A stretch of DNA of 64,000 nt, from NCBI RefSeq assembly GCF_963506605.1, contig NC_083285.1, forward strand, positions 34,782,001-34,846,000. Direction: 5' to 3'. Source of the stretch: Zootoca vivipara (lineage: Eukaryota). Positions 60,224 through 64,000 of the stretch are shown piece by piece (positions within the stretch are counted from its first letter, which is position 1; the number at the start of each line of letters is the position of its first letter). A program made the position numbers and the translations under genes. A model generated the notes under the pieces. It was not told where the DNA came from. It saw nothing but the letters and a program-made list of their open reading frames with translations, and searched no databases.

Positions 60224-60862
60224 CAGTGGTTCCCAACAGGTGGTCCGGGGACCCCCAGGGGTCCGCGAGCTATGCCAGAGGGGTCCGCAAGATGCTATTA
60301 GAATAAAAAATATATTAAATATATTTCGTATGATAACAGATTTTTTGTTTTGGCCGCTTCCTGCATGAGCAGAGTCTAGCGCAAAACTAGAAAACTAGAA
60401 GTTCTGCTGTATGCCGTTAGGTGGCGCTTTACAAACACTACTGTTTTGCAAAGAGGCAGTGCGCGCATTCTGCTAACGCTCACCTCCCCAAGATGCTTTG
60501 CGCACATCGGCTTCATTTGTGCGCTACTGCGCAGGTACCCTGTCTTCTCCAATTCCCTCCCTCCTCCCTGGCGTGCGCTGCCTCTTTGCAAAACAGTAGT
60601 GTTTGTAAACAAAGCGTTGTTTTTCGCAGAAGCTACAGTTCGCGTAGTTAAAAATGGACCGTTGGTTAAAAAGTGGTTCGTTAAAACGACAAAGGCCTAC
60701 AGATGAAGAGGAAGAAGTGTAAAAAACGTATAAATATAAAATATAAAAAGACTCTTAATTTGGCTCTCACTTTTTAATTTTAGGATTAGGAATTAATGGG
60801 GGTCCTTGTCACAATAGTGGCTCGATGAGGGGTCCTCGAGAAAATTTTGTTGGGAACCCCTG
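60224..60862 (+). mobile_element. Young non-autonomous Buster/Charlie-type hAT transposon (639 bp)
   Basis: TIRs CAGTGGTTCCCAAC/GTTGGGAACCCCTG and perfect TSD GACTATGG (nnnTAnnn). CpG-rich, with a transposase N-terminal remnant. Confidence 0.92.
60654..60722 (+). pseudogene. N-terminal remnant of a Buster/ZBED5-like hAT transposase (22 aa)
   Basis: MDRWLKSGSLKRQRPTDEEEEV* resembles the MDxWLKxG start of Buster-type transposases. Preceded by acceptor TTTTTCGCAG. Confidence 0.6.
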
Positions 60863-61372
60863 GACTATGGGGTTGAGGCACTCATCTCACGTTCAGGCTG
60901 AGGGAGCCGGCGTTTCTCCACATACAGTTTTCTGGGTCATGACTAAACTGCTACTGGCGCATGGAGGACCATGACGAGTGCCAGAGCGCACAAAAATGCT
61001 GTTTACCTTCCCACTACAGTGGTACCTATTTATCTACTTGCACTGGCATGCTTTTGAACTGCTAGGTTGGCAGGAGCTGGGACAGAGCAATGGGAGTGCA
61101 CCCCGTCACGGGGATTCCCTGTTTACTGTAGGTGTAAAGTAAACCACATTTCTTAAAGACACTAGCCACCACTGAGCTTCAAACTTCCCAATGGAAACAC
61201 AACCTTGGGTAAGTGCTTGGAACCCCTGGAATCTAGAGCACCTGTTCAATGGAGATAGGGGTGGTTTGTAACAATACCTTCCTGTTAATTCCTCCCATGC
61301 TTTTCAAAGCATTTCCCCATCATATTCCAAACCACCAGAAGTCTGTGATTTTTTTAAAAGTGGATTTGTTGG

Positions 61373-61612
61373 CAGGTTCCCCAAACTAAGGCCCGGGGGC
61401 CGGATGCGGCCCAATCACCTTCTAAATCCCGGATGGTCCGGGAATCAGCATGTTTTTTACATGAGTAGAATGTGTCCTTTTATTTAAAATGCATAGGTTA
61501 TTTGTGGGGCATAGGAATTCGTTCATTTTTTTCTTCAAAATATAGTCCGGCCCCCCACAAGGTCTGAGGGACAGTGGACCGGCCCCCTGCTGAAAAGGTT
61601 TGCTGACCCCTG
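61373..61612 (+). mobile_element. OposCharlie1(OC1)-like non-autonomous hAT
   Basis: CAGGTTCCCCAAACTAAGGCCCGGGGGCCGGATGCGGCCC...ATAGTCCGGCCCCCCACAAGGTCTGAGGGACAGTGGACCGGCCCCCTG...TTTGCTGACCCCTG. Confidence 0.75.
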
Positions 61613-63026
61613 TGCTAGGGCAACAGAGCCTTTTAATCTACCTTACCTGTGCAAACCTAACATTCCAGGATGGGTTTGAATCCCTCCTGCAAAATACTGA
61701 CAGACTGAAGACACCCAGAGTCGTCATACTCTAGGCTTCCGCCCTCCACTTTCTTTCTATAAAACCATTTGCTACTTATAGTTAAGAGAAAGAAAGGAGA
61801 ATAATTCTGCATTTATTCATAATTACAACACTTTGTTCAGTTAAAATAACTGCTTTTTGTCCTCTGAAGGATGTCTTTCCACTATAATCTGCTTTTTGCA
61901 CACTGAGATACTTTAAGCTTGCCAGAAAATGGATGCATTACTCTTCCTCTTTTCCTGACAGAAAACCATAGAATTGAAAAATTAAAAAGCTAAAGTGGTT
62001 GACTTAGATATATTCATATTGACAACAATTAGTTTTAGTATGTAATGAGTTTTAATTCAAATGGCTTCCTGGAGTTTGCATACTGAAGCCTACATTTTAT
62101 CTAAGTTTACTGTCTTGTACTGTTCTGCATGTTGCATATAAATCAAATGGAAAAGGACAGGAAATGCTGTTTATCCACAACTTTGGTAGCATTTCTCTCC
62201 CAGTATATGTTTCTCTGAACTTGCACATCCAGGTGTTCCACTATAAAAGCCACATGTTAACACCCATTGAATGTGATATCTCACATGCACAACTTCTTCA
62301 GTCTGTAGGCCAATTGTTTTGGTCCATGCAAGTATGCAGTTCACACATGTGAGATGGTACTATTTGACATCCACATTCATCCTGCACATATATTATGTGG
62401 TGATCTGCTGTGCAGGTTTAAGTATGCATGTGTAACCTCAGCAGAAGCTTGGTACAGTATAGTCAATTTTGACTGTACAGCACATCTGTTTAAATAAGAG
62501 GGGGACGAAGCCCAAGTACTCCTCTTGTCACTTCAGTATATTCTCAGTCCACATAGGTTTTCCATGTGTAATTTGTAAGTCCACTCCATCCTTTTCCTAC
62601 ATTAATCAGCAATTCATTTATCTATTGATTGGTTGACCTATCCATTCATCCATACACACACTTACAAAATGCATATTTAAATATTATTTTATAATGAAAT
62701 AGGCAATTAAATGTTGTTTTATTGCAATATATGCCCTTCTGAATGTATTTAAACCTACAATATGCCCTTTAGTACTTTTTTTGAGCTAAGAGCTACATTG
62801 CAGAAGTTGGAACTTCAAAGCATCATTACATTCCAAACCACACCTTCGACCAGGAATCAGGTCAGTTTGCATTGGAATTCACAAAAATCAAATTCTTCAA
62901 GCATCTCCATCTATTCAGCTCTCTACAAGGGTCATCATAGTTGGCTGTGCAAGTCATCTGTTCAATGAGTGGCTCTGCATAGATCTTTGCAGGCAGCACC
63001 ATGTATACTGTTGAATGCAAGGATAT

Positions 63027-63355
63027 GTAAAAGTAAAGGACCCCTCGAAGGTTAAGTGTAGTCAACATCTCACTTTAGGCCGAGGGAGCCGTTGTTTGTC
63101 CACAGACAGCTTTCCAGATCATGTGGCCAACATGACTAAACTGCTTCACAACAGAACACTGACAGAAGCCACAGCACACAGAAACACCGTTTACCTTCCC
63201 ACTGCAGTCACCCTATTTATCTACTCACACTGGTGTGCTTTTGAACTGCTAGGTTGGCAAAAGCTGGGGCAGAGCAACGGGAGCTCACCTCATCACGTGG
63301 ATTCTAACCGCCAACCTTTTGATCAGCAAGCCCACGAGGCTCAGTGGTTTAGACC
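63027..63355 (-). mobile_element. Sauria SINE (older subfamily)
   Basis: Similar to the copies at 48839 and 60171. Confidence 0.85.
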
Positions 63356-63511
63356 GTATATTAAAGGATCTGTAGATTAGTGCCAACACCACCTAATTTA
63401 GTCAGTTGAAAATTCCAGCGTTGTGCTAATTATAAGAATAGGGAGTTGTTTGAGGATATGGAATAACTATGGATGTCAAAGAATTTTAAGCCACCAAGAC
63501 TGCAAGCTAAG

Positions 63512-63600
63512 AAAATAAGAAGTACCTACTGAATCAGGCCCATGGCCCATCTAGTCCACCATCTTGTTATCACAGTGACCAGCCAGAAGCCTGTGGGAAA
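63512..63600 (-). mobile_element. CR1 3' tail fragment
   Basis: ATAAGAAG...TGAATCAGGCCCATGGCCCATCTAGTCCA matches 10756 and 27925. Confidence 0.65.
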
Positions 63601-64000
63601 TATGGCCTTTAGGCACTTCTACTTCACCCCCAGGACTCTTCACAGACCGTATTGTTCTCCTTAGGCCACACCCATCATTGGCGGCCTTGCTCCACACCCT
63701 CCTCAAGTGCTTTTGCCAGGCTGGAATGTATCATTGAACTGTAACAATACTGTACCTCTTATTTGCCTGGAGGGAGGTTGGAGATGTGGATGCAGAAACC
63801 TCTTATTTTTGCCCAGCCGGAATGTATCCTACAGTACAGAGGAAGGAGAGACAATTGCTCCACCCAATTTTGCTTCTAGCCCCACCCACCACTGGCACCT
63901 GGCCTTTAAAGACCTGCATTCCCACAAGGGAATAAAGCCCACTGGCTTTAAAAAAAAAAGTTCCCCCACCTCTGTACATACAGACCATCCTTTTCAAGGA

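Larger units (their letters stand above)
60171..61118 (-). mobile_element. Sauria SINE (older subfamily) interrupted by a hAT element
   Basis: AAGGTAAAGGACCCCTGGACGGTTAAGTCC...GACTATGG, then the insert, then GGTTGAGGCACTCATCTC onward. Confidence 0.88.
59617..61273 (+). mobile_element. Probable solo LTR (about 700 bp net) split by a Sauria SINE and a hAT insertion
   Basis: TGTT...AACA termini. 4-bp TSD ATAC at 59613-59616 and 61274-61277. AGTAAA near 61138. Purine-rich interior. Confidence 0.6.

Noticed and set aside
1-64000. Host protein-coding gene, CRISPR array, operon or endogenous viral gene
   Set aside because: No ORF resembles a host or viral protein that I recognise, and all recognisable peptides are TE remnants. 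The DNA is eukaryotic, with no repeat-spacer array. Small exons could have been missed.

Overview
This is AT-rich vertebrate nuclear DNA from a squamate reptile, most likely a lacertid lizard. The inference rests on about ten Sauria SINEs, tRNA-Lys/CR1-tail SINEs, Squam3-like SINEs, BovB and young L2 elements. I recognise no host protein-coding exon, so the window looks like a very large intron or a gene desert. Every recognisable ORF is a transposable-element remnant: L2, CR1, L1, BovB and RTEX-like ORF2 C-termini, plus a 22-aa Buster-type transposase N-terminus. The repeat landscape is heavily nested, and many target-site duplications (TSDs) can be read directly. It includes two solo LTRs, hAT MITEs with 8-bp TSDs, TA-flanked Tc1/pogo-like MITEs and OposCharlie1-like elements. 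Several repeat-free, motif-dense blocks look like conserved enhancers, but conservation cannot be shown from this sequence alone. The most interesting structural signal is a decayed HDV-like (double-pseudoknot) ribozyme fold at about 3451-3559, inside an RTE-type retroelement 5' end. Next is a young, CpG-rich Buster-type hAT element with a 39-bp internal hairpin, at the core of a three-level LTR > SINE > hAT nest. I cannot demonstrate a novel biological system. Family names come from recalled consensus sequences and need a Dfam/Repbase check.
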